Below, in pieces: positions 1-8,380 of a stretch of DNA of 27,442 nt. The position numbers were made by a program, and so were the translations under genes. Source of the stretch: Spirochaetaceae bacterium (GTDB lineage: Bacteria; Spirochaetota; Spirochaetia; JABEVK01); the NCBI GenBank assembly GCA_023265735.1, contig JAHFSN010000001.1, positions 1-27,442 of the forward strand, in the 5' to 3' direction. Every line of letters starts with the position of its first letter. Position 1 is the stretch's first letter. The notes beneath the pieces are model-generated. The model saw only the letters and a program-made list of their open reading frames with translations. It ran no database searches and was not told the DNA's origin.

Positions 1-2
1 AA

Positions 3-1880
3 GAACGTCAGCGGCAGCTGGCCGAGGATCTCACCCGCAACGAAGGCCACGCCCAGGCCATCTCGGAAAAGAAGAAGGCCCTCGGCTCAGAACTCGACGC
101 CCGCAAGGCCGACAAAGACGCCCTAGCCGCGGCCCTCAAGGGCTGCCAGACCAACATCCAGGAGTTTGATACCTCAATCGAGACGGCCCGGTCCTCGGTG
201 GCGGCCCTGACCGAAGAGAAACTGAAGGGCGAAGAGCGCCTGCGGGTCCTCGAGGCCGACGACACCCGGCTCCAGGATGAACTGCGGCAGGTCACCGACC
301 ACCTCGTCCAGGAACTCGACCAGAAGCTCAAGGACGAAGGGTTTGCCTGGCACAAGCTTCCCCACCTCACCGAGCAGATGGAGGCGGCCCTGGGGTCGAT
401 CCAGGTCCTGGTTCGGGGACGAAGGGACCTGCTGACCAACGCCGCCGCGTCGAACTCGGTGCCCGGAGGCAACGTCCAGGCCTTCCACAAGCAGCTGGCC
501 GATTCCTTGGGGCAGGTACTGGAGCAGTTCGCCATTTTTGTCGACGGCTGGGAAACCTATCGCAAGGCGGTGCCCCGGTTCCTCGAGGACTTCCTCTCTC
601 CCAGCGGTATCATTACCCAACGGCGGACCCTGGAGGACGAGCTGGCCACCGTCAGGACCGAGGCCCAGTCCCAGAAGGACGAGCTCAAGCGTCTGACCGA
701 CGAGATCCAGCGGCTCGCCGCCGCCATCGAAGGCTACCGGAAGAACCTCGAAGACCTCCGGCTGGCCGAGGTCCGGATGCAGACCCAGCTGGCCGGGTTC
801 GAGGAGACCATTGGACGGCTCCAGCGGGACCTGGGCGAACAGGAGACCCTGCTGGCGACCAACCTGGCCGACCGCCACGCCATCGTTGGCAAGCAGGCGG
901 CCTGCACGGCCGAGCTGGGAACCTTGGCGAAGAAACTCGAGGAGAACGCCGTCCAGGAAAGGGCCCTCCGAGAAAAGCGGCAGGGGCTGGAAAAGGACCT
1001 CAGCGCCCGTAACCAGGCCCTGGCCGGGCGCCAGAAGGAACTCAAGGCCGGACAGGAGAACCTGGCGGCCATCCAGGCCGAGCGCGAGGAGCTCCACGTC
1101 CAGGCGGCCCAGGTGGCGGCCGAAATCAAGGCCGTCTTTGACGCCTTCCGCGACAAGCATTCCGTCGATCTTTCCGAATACGAAGCCGAAATCCAGGGAC
1201 AAGACACCGCCCTCGGGGACCTGCGGGAAACCCTCCATCAGAAGCGTGAGGAACTGCGTGTCCTGGGACAGGTCAACCTCATGGCCGTCGAGGAATTTGC
1301 CGAAATCGACGAACGGTTCGCCTTCCTCAACCAGCAGCTGACCGACCTGAAGAAGGCCAGGGAGGACCTCCACGAGGTGACCAAGGAGATCCGCCGGGAA
1401 TCGGCCGTCCTCTTCAACGAAACCTTCAACCAGATCCGAGAGAACTTCAACCTGACGTTCCGGAGGCTCTTCGGGGGGGGCAGGGCCGAACTTCGGCTTA
1501 CCGACCCCGAGCAGATCCTCGAGTCAGGCATTGAGATGCTCTGCCAGCCCCCCGGCAAGAAGCTCGAAAGCATCAATCTGCTTTCGGGCGGAGAAAAATC
1601 CATGACGGCGGTGGCCCTCCTGTTTGCCACCTTCCAGGTTCGGCCGTCGCCGTTCTGCATCCTCGACGAGATCGATGCGGCCCTGGACGAGAGCAACGTC
1701 GGCCGGTTCATCACTATGCTGGGTGAATTCGCGACCAAGAGCCAGTTCGTGGTTATCACGCACAATAAGAAGACAGTCACGGGGGCATCGACCCTGATCG
1801 GCGTCACCATGGAGAATCCAGGCATCTCCAAGATCATTGCCGTTCGCCTGGCCAATGCCCCCGAGAAGGTTGAGGCATGA
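3..1880 (+). CDS. smc: Chromosome segregation SMC-family ATPase, 5'-truncated by the window edge (frame open from position 3, about 625 aa visible)
   Basis: Long coiled coil, then SMC C-terminal head: GQVNLMAVEEF, signature LLSGGEK, Walker B/D-loop PFCILDEIDAALD, H-loop VITHNK. Frame 3 has no stop upstream of the ORF-track start at 198. Confidence 0.95.
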   Translation, partial: ERQRQLAEDLTRNEGHAQAISEKKKALGSELDARKADKDALAAALKGCQTNIQEFDTSIETARSSVAALTEEKLKGEERLRVLEADDTRLQDELRQVTDHLVQELDQKLKDEGFAWHKLPHLTEQMEAALGSIQVLVRGRRDLLTNAAASNSVPGGNVQAFHKQLADSLGQVLEQFAIFVDGWETYRKAVPRFLEDFLSPSGIITQRRTLEDELATVRTEAQSQKDELKRLTDEIQRLAAAIEGYRKNLEDLRLAEVRMQTQLAGFEETIGRLQRDLGEQETLLATNLADRHAIVGKQAACTAELGTLAKKLEENAVQERALREKRQGLEKDLSARNQALAGRQKELKAGQENLAAIQAEREELHVQAAQVAAEIKAVFDAFRDKHSVDLSEYEAEIQGQDTALGDLRETLHQKREELRVLGQVNLMAVEEFAEIDERFAFLNQQLTDLKKAREDLHEVTKEIRRESAVLFNETFNQIRENFNLTFRRLFGGGRAELRLTDPEQILESGIEMLCQPPGKKLESINLLSGGEKSMTAVALLFATFQVRPSPFCILDEIDAALDESNVGRFITMLGEFATKSQFVVITHNKKTVTGASTLIGVTMENPGISKIIAVRLANAPEKVEA

Positions 1881-2281
1881 GCGCCCGCAGGAGGAGGGGG
1901 CCGCTGGTCAGCGGCAAGGAGTGGCGCCTCTTCTGGTTGATCGCCCTCGTCCTCGCGGTCTTGAGCGGCGGTGTCACAGCCCTGGCCACGTGGCTAGGCC
2001 GCCCGGAGGAACCCAAGAACCTCCTCCCGTCCCAAAGTCCTTTCAAGACAGACGTGGCGGACACCATCCCGACAAAGATCCGGCTCTCCGACTTCGACCT
2101 TCCGGCGCCCGGCGGCCAATGGCTGAGCAAACCGTGGCTCTACAGCCGCGAGGGGGGCGCCCGGGCTTGGTCTCAGGAAGAGATCTCGCCCTTCTGGACC
2201 CCCGTGGAGAAACTGCCCCTGGCCAACTTGCCCCAGGAAAACGAGAAGAAAATCCGCGAACTCCTGGACGGCGTCCGATGA
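1877..2281 (+). CDS. Hypothetical single-pass membrane protein (134 aa)
   Basis: ATGA overlap with the smc stop; basic N-terminus then hydrophobic helix LFWLIALVLAVLSGGVTALATWLG; stop overlaps the next ATG. Confidence 0.75.
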   Translation: MSARRRRGPLVSGKEWRLFWLIALVLAVLSGGVTALATWLGRPEEPKNLLPSQSPFKTDVADTIPTKIRLSDFDLPAPGGQWLSKPWLYSREGGARAWSQEEISPFWTPVEKLPLANLPQENEKKIRELLDGVR

Positions 2282-3720
2282 GACGGGCCCTGGTTCTCGT
2301 GCTGGTCGTCTTGACCGCCTGTGCCACGGCAAGCGGCCCCAGGACGACGGCCCCGGCGCCCCAGGTCCCGCCCGAGAATTCGGTCAGCTATCCTCTCCCG
2401 ACGGCTCCTTGGCCCCTACGCTCCTCGACGGTCAGCCGCCAGGCCCCCGCCTTGGTTCATTCCTGGCCCAAACCCTCCTTTCAGAAGCCGGCCTTGGTGG
2501 TCTCGGCCGTGACCAAGCCCCTGTCGGAGCTTCCGCTTCCCGAGGTCCGCATTCTCCCCCTCAAATTGACGCCCGTTTCCCGTTCCTGGCCGTCCGTTTC
2601 CCAGGAAAAAACCCCTGTTCCCCTGGCGGAACCTGCGGCTCCGGTCCTCCCTATGCCGAAGGCGGCTGCCATGACCGCTGCGGCTGCGAAAGCGAAACCC
2701 AAGGCTCCCGCCACGGTTCCCGCCGTAGGGCAACCCGGCACCAAACCCGTTGCCACGCCTCCCGGCACCGCGGCGGCGACGGCCTCACTTCTCCCCCAGG
2801 CTCCTCCGACCCAGGGACAGGACTTCCGGTGGCAGGATGTGAATGCGGTGGCCGGCGACGCGGTGACCCTGCATTTCGACCGTTCCAACTGGCTCTACAT
2901 GGACAGCCCCTCCCAGCAGAAGGCCGTGGGCTTCCAAGCTATCTCCCGGGACAAGGACGCGACGACCTTCCAGTTCAAGCCGACAACGCCCGGACAGTAC
3001 GTCCTCGAGTTTCAGCGCCAAGATCTGGTCAACCAAACCACGGACTCCCGAAAGGTTCGGCTCATGGTCGTGGCCCCGGGGACCCGCACTTCCACCACGG
3101 GAACGGCCGTCGCTCCCCAGACGACGTCGGGTCCCCAGGGCGACCCCTTGGAGGCCAGCCGTCAATTGGCCGCAGCGGGCAAGACATCGGAAGCCATTCA
3201 GAGGCTCCTTCAGTCCTACAAAGCCGACGACACCCGGATGAACCTCGAGCTCGCCCGGCTTCTGGATCAGACGGGCCAGGGCGAGCAGGCCTTGGGATAC
3301 CTCGAAAGAAACCTCACCGTTCCCGGACCCGACTTTCAGGGAACCCTCGACCTGGGGACGAAGTTGGCGGCCCAAGCCCCGGAGAAGCGCCTTCCCACCT
3401 ACGCCCATCTCTGGCTCACGGGAACCAAACCGCCCGCGGAAGACCTCTACCTGCAGGTCTTTCAAGGCCTCCGCACCCTAAAGGGATCCACGCTGGCCCA
3501 GGAGTGGTCTCGAAAATACCCGCTTTGGTACCCGGCCCCGCAGTTCCGCGACGGGTACCTGTTCCAACTGGGTCAGCTTCTGGAAGCCCCGGGGGAGGGC
3601 CGCAACATCCAGGCGGCCTGGAAGGCCTACGACGAGATTGTCCAGAATTTTCCCCTGAGTCCCTACTGGAAATCGGCGGGCGAAAGGGCGGCGTCCCTCA
3701 ATCGGCATTTCCTTCATTAG
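2278..3720 (+). CDS. Putative lipoprotein (480 aa): Pro/Ala/Thr-rich linker, beta-rich domain, C-terminal TPR/BamD-like helical repeats
   Basis: Start reassigned from 1837 to ATG 2278 (ATGA overlap with the upstream gene). MRRALVLVLVVLTAC is a lipoprotein signal with lipobox; C-terminus AWKAYDEIVQNFPLSPY resembles BamD/YfiO-type TPR units. Confidence 0.8.
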   Translation: MRRALVLVLVVLTACATASGPRTTAPAPQVPPENSVSYPLPTAPWPLRSSTVSRQAPALVHSWPKPSFQKPALVVSAVTKPLSELPLPEVRILPLKLTPVSRSWPSVSQEKTPVPLAEPAAPVLPMPKAAAMTAAAAKAKPKAPATVPAVGQPGTKPVATPPGTAAATASLLPQAPPTQGQDFRWQDVNAVAGDAVTLHFDRSNWLYMDSPSQQKAVGFQAISRDKDATTFQFKPTTPGQYVLEFQRQDLVNQTTDSRKVRLMVVAPGTRTSTTGTAVAPQTTSGPQGDPLEASRQLAAAGKTSEAIQRLLQSYKADDTRMNLELARLLDQTGQGEQALGYLERNLTVPGPDFQGTLDLGTKLAAQAPEKRLPTYAHLWLTGTKPPAEDLYLQVFQGLRTLKGSTLAQEWSRKYPLWYPAPQFRDGYLFQLGQLLEAPGEGRNIQAAWKAYDEIVQNFPLSPYWKSAGERAASLNRHFLH

Positions 3721-3727
3721 CCGACAC

Positions 3728-3748
3728 ATCCGGCCCTCCGGGGCGGAT
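3728..3748 (+). other. GC hairpin with C(UCCG)G tetraloop right after the lipoprotein stop, no U-tract
   Basis: ATCC-g-GCCC TCCG GGGC-GGAT: 8 bp with one bulged G; abuts the ffh -35 box. Confidence 0.45.
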
Positions 3749-3777
3749 TGACCAACAACCCGGCGCCATACTATAAC
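3748..3777 (+). promoter_or_regulatory. Sigma70-type promoter for the ffh-rplS operon
   Basis: TTGACC (3748-3753), 18 nt, TATAAC (3772-3777); ffh ATG follows after 9 nt with no SD. Confidence 0.75.
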
Positions 3778-3786
3778 TTTCCAGTT

Positions 3787-5121
3787 ATGTTTGACGGTTT
3801 GACCAGCAAATTCTCCGATATCGTTCGCGGTCTTTCGGGCAAGGCCACCATCTCCGAGAAGAATATTCAGGACATGGTGGAGGAAATCAAGGTTGCCCTC
3901 CTCGAGGCCGACGTCAATCTCAGGGTGGTTCGCCGGTTCGTCAACCAGACCATGGAAGAGGCCCGGGGCGCCCTGGTGGTCCGGACCGTCAACCCCGGCC
4001 AGCAGTTTGTCAAAATTCTTCACGACCGCATGGTCAAGCTCCTGGGGGACGAGAATCAGGCCCTCGAGCTCCGGGGTCCCGATGTGGTCAGCCCCATTCT
4101 GTTCCTGGGGCTGCAGGGGGCAGGAAAGACCACGACCGTGGCCAAGCTGGCGGCCCGGCTTAAAAAGGAAGGACGGAAGGTCCTCCTGGTCGCCGCCGAC
4201 CTTCAGCGCCCGGCCGCTGTGGACCAGCTGACCTACCTGGCCCAGTCCGTCGGGGTCGAAATCTTCAAAGAAGACTCCAAGAACCCGGTTTCGGTCGTCA
4301 AGAACGCCCTCAAATACGCCCAGAAGAACCAGTTCAACGCGGTTTTGATCGACACCGCGGGGCGGCTTCAGGTCGACGAGACCCTCATGGACGAACTCGT
4401 CCAGATCAAGAAGGCCTGTGACCCAGCCGAATGTCTTCTCGTGGCCGATGCCATGACGGGCCAAAATGCCGTCGAGATTGCCCAAGCGTTTGAAGAGAAG
4501 GTGGGGCTCACCGGTATCATCCTCACCAAGTTCGATTCCGACACCCGGGGCGGGGCGGCCCTCTCCCTCAAGTCCATCACAGGACGGCCGATCAAGTTCG
4601 TGGGCGTCGGGGAGAAGATCGAGAACCTCGATCCCTTTCATCCGGACCGGTTCGCCAACCGGATTCTGGGCATGGGCGACGTTGTCTCACTGGTGGAGAA
4701 GGCCCAAGAATCCTTTGACGCCCACGAAGCCGAGAAGCTCCAGAATCGAATGGCCGGGGGAATCTTCACCCTTGAGGACTATTTCGACCAGTTCAAGAGG
4801 GTCAGGAAGATGGGGTCCATGCAGTCGCTGCTCGCGATGATCCCAGGCATGTCGGGCCAGCTCGACGCCGGTGCGGTGGACGAGGTGGCGCTCAAGCGCG
4901 AAGAGGCCATCCTCTCGTCGATGACGAAGAAGGAACGCCGGAACCACTTGATCCTCGGCCCCGGCCGAAGAAAAAGAATCGCCGGCGGCTCGGGGACGAC
5001 GATCTACGACGTCAACCAGCTCGTGAAGAAGTTCGAGAAGACCAAACTGATGATGAAAAAAGTCGCCAAGAACAAAGGCATGCAAAATCAGATGATGCAG
5101 CAGTTTGGCGGAATGAAATAG
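3787..5121 (+). CDS. ffh: Signal recognition particle protein Ffh (444 aa)
   Basis: NG GTPase motifs GLQGAGKTTT, DTAGR, TKFDSDTRGG and Met-rich M domain; ATG 3787 gives the typical MFDGL start. Confidence 0.98.
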   Translation: MFDGLTSKFSDIVRGLSGKATISEKNIQDMVEEIKVALLEADVNLRVVRRFVNQTMEEARGALVVRTVNPGQQFVKILHDRMVKLLGDENQALELRGPDVVSPILFLGLQGAGKTTTVAKLAARLKKEGRKVLLVAADLQRPAAVDQLTYLAQSVGVEIFKEDSKNPVSVVKNALKYAQKNQFNAVLIDTAGRLQVDETLMDELVQIKKACDPAECLLVADAMTGQNAVEIAQAFEEKVGLTGIILTKFDSDTRGGAALSLKSITGRPIKFVGVGEKIENLDPFHPDRFANRILGMGDVVSLVEKAQESFDAHEAEKLQNRMAGGIFTLEDYFDQFKRVRKMGSMQSLLAMIPGMSGQLDAGAVDEVALKREEAILSSMTKKERRNHLILGPGRRKRIAGGSGTTIYDVNQLVKKFEKTKLMMKKVAKNKGMQNQMMQQFGGMK

Positions 5122-5135
5122 GATAAGGAGGAAGC

Positions 5136-5384
5136 ATGGCAGTTTCCATTCGCCTGAAGAGATTCGGCGCTAAAAAGAGACCGTACTACCGGATCGTGGT
5201 GACCAACTCCACGTCGCCGCGCGACGGTCGGACCATTGAAGAGGTGGGATTCTACCACCCCGTTGAGAAAGAAAATCAGTTCAGCTTCAAGGCTGATCGG
5301 ATCAAGGAATGGGTGTCGAAGGGCGCCCAGGTTTCCACGACCGTGAGGAGTCTGCTCAACAAGAGTCAGTTCTTCTTAGGTTGA
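5136..5384 (+). CDS. rpsP: 30S ribosomal protein S16
   Basis: [22 protein letters not shown]...[15 protein letters not shown]; SD AGGAGG. Confidence 0.98.
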   Translation: MAVSIRLKRFGAKKRPYYRIVVTNSTSPRDGRTIEEVGFYHPVEKENQFSFKADRIKEWVSKGAQVSTTVRSLLNKSQFFLG

Positions 5385-5403
5385 GCCGAAAGGGAGATTC
5401 GTT

Positions 5404-5637
5404 GTGGAAAAAGACCTCGTAGAATACATCGCTAAGACTTTGGTTGATGATCCTTCGGAAGTTCTCGTCAATCAGATTGAAGGCGAAAAATCTACGATCC
5501 TCGAGCTGAGAGTCGCGCCCGAAGATCTGGGTAAAGTGATCGGCAAGCACGGCCGCATCGCCAAGGCCATTAGGACTGTCCTCAGCGCCTCGTCCACGAA
5601 GACGGGAAAACGGGTTGTTTTGGAGATTTTGGACTGA
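5404..5637 (+). CDS. khpA: KH-domain RNA-binding protein KhpA (YlqC/UPF0109)
   Basis: [15 protein letters not shown] GxxG KH loop; GTG start with SD GGAG; usual position between rpsP and rimM. Confidence 0.93.
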   Translation: MEKDLVEYIAKTLVDDPSEVLVNQIEGEKSTILELRVAPEDLGKVIGKHGRIAKAIRTVLSASSTKTGKRVVLEILD

Positions 5638-5645
5638 GCCCGTCG

Positions 5646-6140
5646 TTGGTCGCCATCGGAAGGATTCGGACCAGCCACGGTGTCCGCGGTGAGATGAAGG
5701 TCCTCAGCTACTCGGGGGTCTTTGACCACTTCGAGAAGCTCCAGGCCGTCGAACTCCGCAAGGGGTTGGTCGAGAAGCGGCTTCAGGTGGAATCGTTCCG
5801 CTGGGTGGGGGAGAACCTCCTCCTCAAGTTTGCGGGCATCGATTCGCCCGAAGCGGCCAAGCTCCTGGCCGACTTTGAGATTTGGGTGACCCGGGACCAA
5901 GCGGCCCCGTTGGAAGAAGGGGAGGTTTACCTTTCCGACTTGGTGGGTTGTTCCTTAGTTTTCGCTGGAGAAACCAAGGGACAAATCACCGGATACTTGG
6001 AAGGTGCGTCGAAGATCTTGCTGGAAGTCGATAAGACCTCTGGGGGAACCTGCATCGTACCTTTCCAGGACGTATATCTGGGAGACATTGACTTAACCGG
6101 TCGAACCGTCGAACTGAAGGTAGATTGGATTCTGGAATGA
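5646..6140 (+). CDS. rimM: 16S rRNA processing protein RimM
   Basis: GRIRTSHGVRGEMKV and EGEVYLSDLVG motifs, C-terminal PRC barrel; TTG start is uncertain. Confidence 0.93.
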   Translation: MVAIGRIRTSHGVRGEMKVLSYSGVFDHFEKLQAVELRKGLVEKRLQVESFRWVGENLLLKFAGIDSPEAAKLLADFEIWVTRDQAAPLEEGEVYLSDLVGCSLVFAGETKGQITGYLEGASKILLEVDKTSGGTCIVPFQDVYLGDIDLTGRTVELKVDWILE

Positions 6141-6153
6141 ACGGAGTCTGGCT

Positions 6154-6837
6154 GTGAAGTTCACGGTATTGAGCTTGTTTCCCGAGATTTTGGACGGCTA
6201 TTTTCAGAGTTCGCTCATGAAAAAGGCCGTTGAGCGGGGATTGATCACCGTAGAGTTTGTGAACATCCGGGATTTTGCCCAGGACAAGCACAAGACCTGC
6301 GATGACATTCCCTATGGCGGTGGTGCTGGTATGGTCCTCAAGCCGGAACCTCTGGCCATGGCCCTGGATTCTGTGGGGGCAGGTCAGAAAAGGACCCTCT
6401 ATCCTACACCGTCAGGCCGGCTGTTCAACCAGCCGACTGCCCGGGAGTTGGCAAAGGAAGACGAGCTTGTCTTCATTTGCGGACGCTATGAGGGGATTGA
6501 TCAGCGGATCATCGACGAGTATGTCGATGATGAGCTCTCTATTGGGGACTATGTCCTGTCCTCGGGAGAGATCGCCTCGCTGGTCATCATCGATGCGGTT
6601 TACCGCCTGCGTGAAGGGGTCATCAAGGCTAGAAGCCTCGAAGAAGAAAGCTTCTCCGACGGGTTCTTGCTCGAATACCCCCAGTACACCAGGCCCGAAG
6701 TGTTCCGGGAACGGTCGGTTCCCGAGGTGCTCCTTTCGGGGCATCACAAGAACATTGAAGTCTGGAGGCGGGAGATGAGCGTCGAAAAAACAAAACGTTT
6801 GCGGCCCGACCTGCTGGAGAAATCCACGTCGGACTGA
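6154..6837 (+). CDS. trmD: tRNA (guanosine37-N1)-methyltransferase TrmD
   Basis: DDIPYGGGAGMVLK, ICGRYEGIDQR, SIGDYVLSSGE, LEYPQYTRP, LLSGHH. Confidence 0.98.
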   Translation: MKFTVLSLFPEILDGYFQSSLMKKAVERGLITVEFVNIRDFAQDKHKTCDDIPYGGGAGMVLKPEPLAMALDSVGAGQKRTLYPTPSGRLFNQPTARELAKEDELVFICGRYEGIDQRIIDEYVDDELSIGDYVLSSGEIASLVIIDAVYRLREGVIKARSLEEESFSDGFLLEYPQYTRPEVFRERSVPEVLLSGHHKNIEVWRREMSVEKTKRLRPDLLEKSTSD

Positions 6838-6869
6838 ACTGGGACACAGAAACTGTTTAGGAGGATCCC

Positions 6870-7232
6870 ATGGATCTGATTAAGTCCATCGAAGCGACAC
6901 AGCTTCGGGAAATCACCCCGTTCCGAATCGGAGATTTGGTGCGGGTTCACTTCAAGATCGTTGAAGGCAAGACAGAACGGGTGCAGGTCTACGAAGGGAC
7001 CGTCATTGCGATGCAGAACAGCGGGATCCGCAAGAGCTTCACCGTGCGGAAGATCTCGTTCGGCGTCGGCGTCGAGCGGGTGTTCCCCTTCCATTCGCCC
7101 CGGATCGATCACCTGGAAATGGTAAGGCCAGGTCGGGTTCGACGGTCCAAGCTGTACTATCTCCGCGACCGCGTCGGCAAGTCGGCTAAGGTCAAGGAAC
7201 TCATCAAGAAGAAAGCGGCTGCGGCGGAATAA
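6870..7232 (+). CDS. rplS: 50S ribosomal protein L19
   Basis: [26 protein letters not shown]...GVGVERVFP...RSKLYYLR; SD AGGAGG. Confidence 0.98.
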   Translation: MDLIKSIEATQLREITPFRIGDLVRVHFKIVEGKTERVQVYEGTVIAMQNSGIRKSFTVRKISFGVGVERVFPFHSPRIDHLEMVRPGRVRRSKLYYLRDRVGKSAKVKELIKKKAAAAE

Positions 7233-7274
7233 GTTCCGTTGGAAATCGCAGGTTCATCCCTCGGTTTCATTTCC

Positions 7275-7321
7275 ATCCCCCGGGCTGGTCTGAACTTCAG
7301 GCCAACGGGGGATTTTTTTTT
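7275..7321 (+). terminator. Intrinsic terminator-like hairpin plus T9 after rplS (see frameshift finding)
   Basis: ATCCCCCG/CGGGGGAT outer stem, TGGTCTGA/TCAGGCCA inner stem, T run 7313-7321. Confidence 0.6.
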
Positions 7322-7326
7322 CTGCC

Positions 7327-8133
7327 GTGGTCGTCTCCCGGCAGGGGCCCGACCAATGGACCCTCCAGGTCGATGGACGCCCCTGGACCGTCGTCACCAC
7401 CCTGAGCCTCCAACCCGGCGATGTCCTCCGACTCAGGAAAGACCCCCAGCTTCCGGGGAGATGGATCGTTCAGGAAAGCCTCCCCCATGCCGCGGGTCCC
7501 GAGTCGCGAAACCTCTCTCCCCTGGCGGCCGCCTTCGTCACCAGGGGATTGCCCTTGGTGCAGGAGAAGCTTGACGCCTGGCAGCGGTGGCTCGACCGCC
7601 ACGACGGTCCCCTGGACAAAGAGGGATGGGCGGCGTCGCTGGAAGCCCGGGGGCAGGGCCCCCTGGACAGTCTTTCCGAGAACCTCCAGCCTTGGCTGAC
7701 TTGGCAATCCGCCCTGGAGAGGGGGGAGAGCCCTCCGGCTCCCGGCGACGAGGAGATCTGGGACCTGTGGAATTCGCGCAAGGCGGCCGCGGGCGACCCT
7801 TGGCTGGTCCAGGTGGTCCACTGGGAGCATGAAGGACACCACGATTCGGGACTCCTCCAGGCCCATTTCCACCCCCAGAGGCAGTTGATCGACCTCTGGA
7901 ACCTGACGGCGGCACCGAACGGAACACCGCTGCGGGTGGAAGCCAAGTGCCGCCCAGGAGGCCTCGCCCTGGCGTTGCAGTTCTTTCGGGACGAGGACCT
8001 CCAGAGGTGGACAGCCCAAGCGGTGGACTGGAACTCAGCCCTCTCGAGCCCGGAATTTCTCGTCACACTCTCGGTGGAACAGCCTGGCTCCCCCGCAGCC
8101 CCGTGGAAAGGGGGGATCAATGTCGTCATCTAG
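7327..8133 (+). CDS. Hypothetical protein, FliK/YlqG-like candidate; true start may be 7239 through a frameshift at T9
   Basis: N-terminal beta motif VVSRQGPDQWTLQVDG...LSLQPGDVLRLR resembles a small barrel seen in FliK-type proteins; sits directly upstream of an FlhB-C gene, like ylqG-ylqH in Bacillus. No SD before GTG 7327. Confidence 0.6.
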   Translation: MVVSRQGPDQWTLQVDGRPWTVVTTLSLQPGDVLRLRKDPQLPGRWIVQESLPHAAGPESRNLSPLAAAFVTRGLPLVQEKLDAWQRWLDRHDGPLDKEGWAASLEARGQGPLDSLSENLQPWLTWQSALERGESPPAPGDEEIWDLWNSRKAAAGDPWLVQVVHWEHEGHHDSGLLQAHFHPQRQLIDLWNLTAAPNGTPLRVEAKCRPGGLALALQFFRDEDLQRWTAQAVDWNSALSSPEFLVTLSVEQPGSPAAPWKGGINVVI

Positions 8134-8380
8134 CCTCGCCGTCGGGGTCAAATACGTTCCGTCGTATCCGGCTCCTTTGATCCTCTTCAAGGCCCGCGGC
8201 CACCAGGCGGCCCAAGTTCTCCGGCTCGCCAGGAAGTATGGGGTACCGGAGTCTTCCGAACCCCTTCTGGCCCCCTTGCTCTTTCAGCTCCCCGAGGGGG
8301 CCTGGATACCAGAAAAGCACTTTGCCGTTCTTGCCCAATTGTTGGCGGCTGTTTATCATAGTGAAAGACAACAAAAATGA
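8120..8380 (+). CDS. Stand-alone FlhB C-terminal-domain protein (EscU/YscU/HrcU switch family, YlqH-like)
   Basis: AVGVKY...PAPLILFKARG..A.QVLRLARKYGVP...L...L...IPE.HF..LA.LL matches the FlhB cytoplasmic C-terminal subdomain pattern. Confidence 0.85.
   Translation: MSSSSLAVGVKYVPSYPAPLILFKARGHQAAQVLRLARKYGVPESSEPLLAPLLFQLPEGAWIPEKHFAVLAQLLAAVYHSERQQK
8331..8359 (+). promoter_or_regulatory. Putative sigma70 promoter inside the FlhB-C gene driving HD-GYP and downstream genes
   Basis: TTGCCC (8331-8336), 17 nt, TATCAT (8354-8359); about 11-nt A-rich SD-less leader to ATG 8377. Confidence 0.55.

Noticed and set aside
174-1373. 399-aa antisense ORF over smc, and similar long antisense or alternate-frame ORFs (2409..3776, 3478..4641, 8395..9372, 16426..18045, 21777..22742, 22896..24752)
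   Set aside because: Shadow ORFs expected from high GC3 codon bias; each overlaps a well-supported gene and has no recognisable motifs.
1473-1480. G8 run in smc, and C8 run in rpoD (25040-25047), as phase-variation sites
   Set aside because: Both genes are in frame and the runs encode conserved FGGG and IPPR residues in housekeeping genes.
1837-2277. N-terminal 147 aa of the 627-aa ORF-track entry
   Set aside because: Overlaps smc and the 134-aa gene; the signal peptide and ATGA overlap place the start at 2278.
3721-3786. SRP RNA (ffs) or ylxM next to ffh
   Set aside because: Neither the SRP helix 8 motif nor a ylxM ORF fits here or in the gap after rplS.
6175-6204. TTGTTT-18-TATTTT inside trmD as an internal promoter for rplS
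   Set aside because: Weak -35 in a locally AT-rich stretch, over 650 nt from rplS; could easily be chance.
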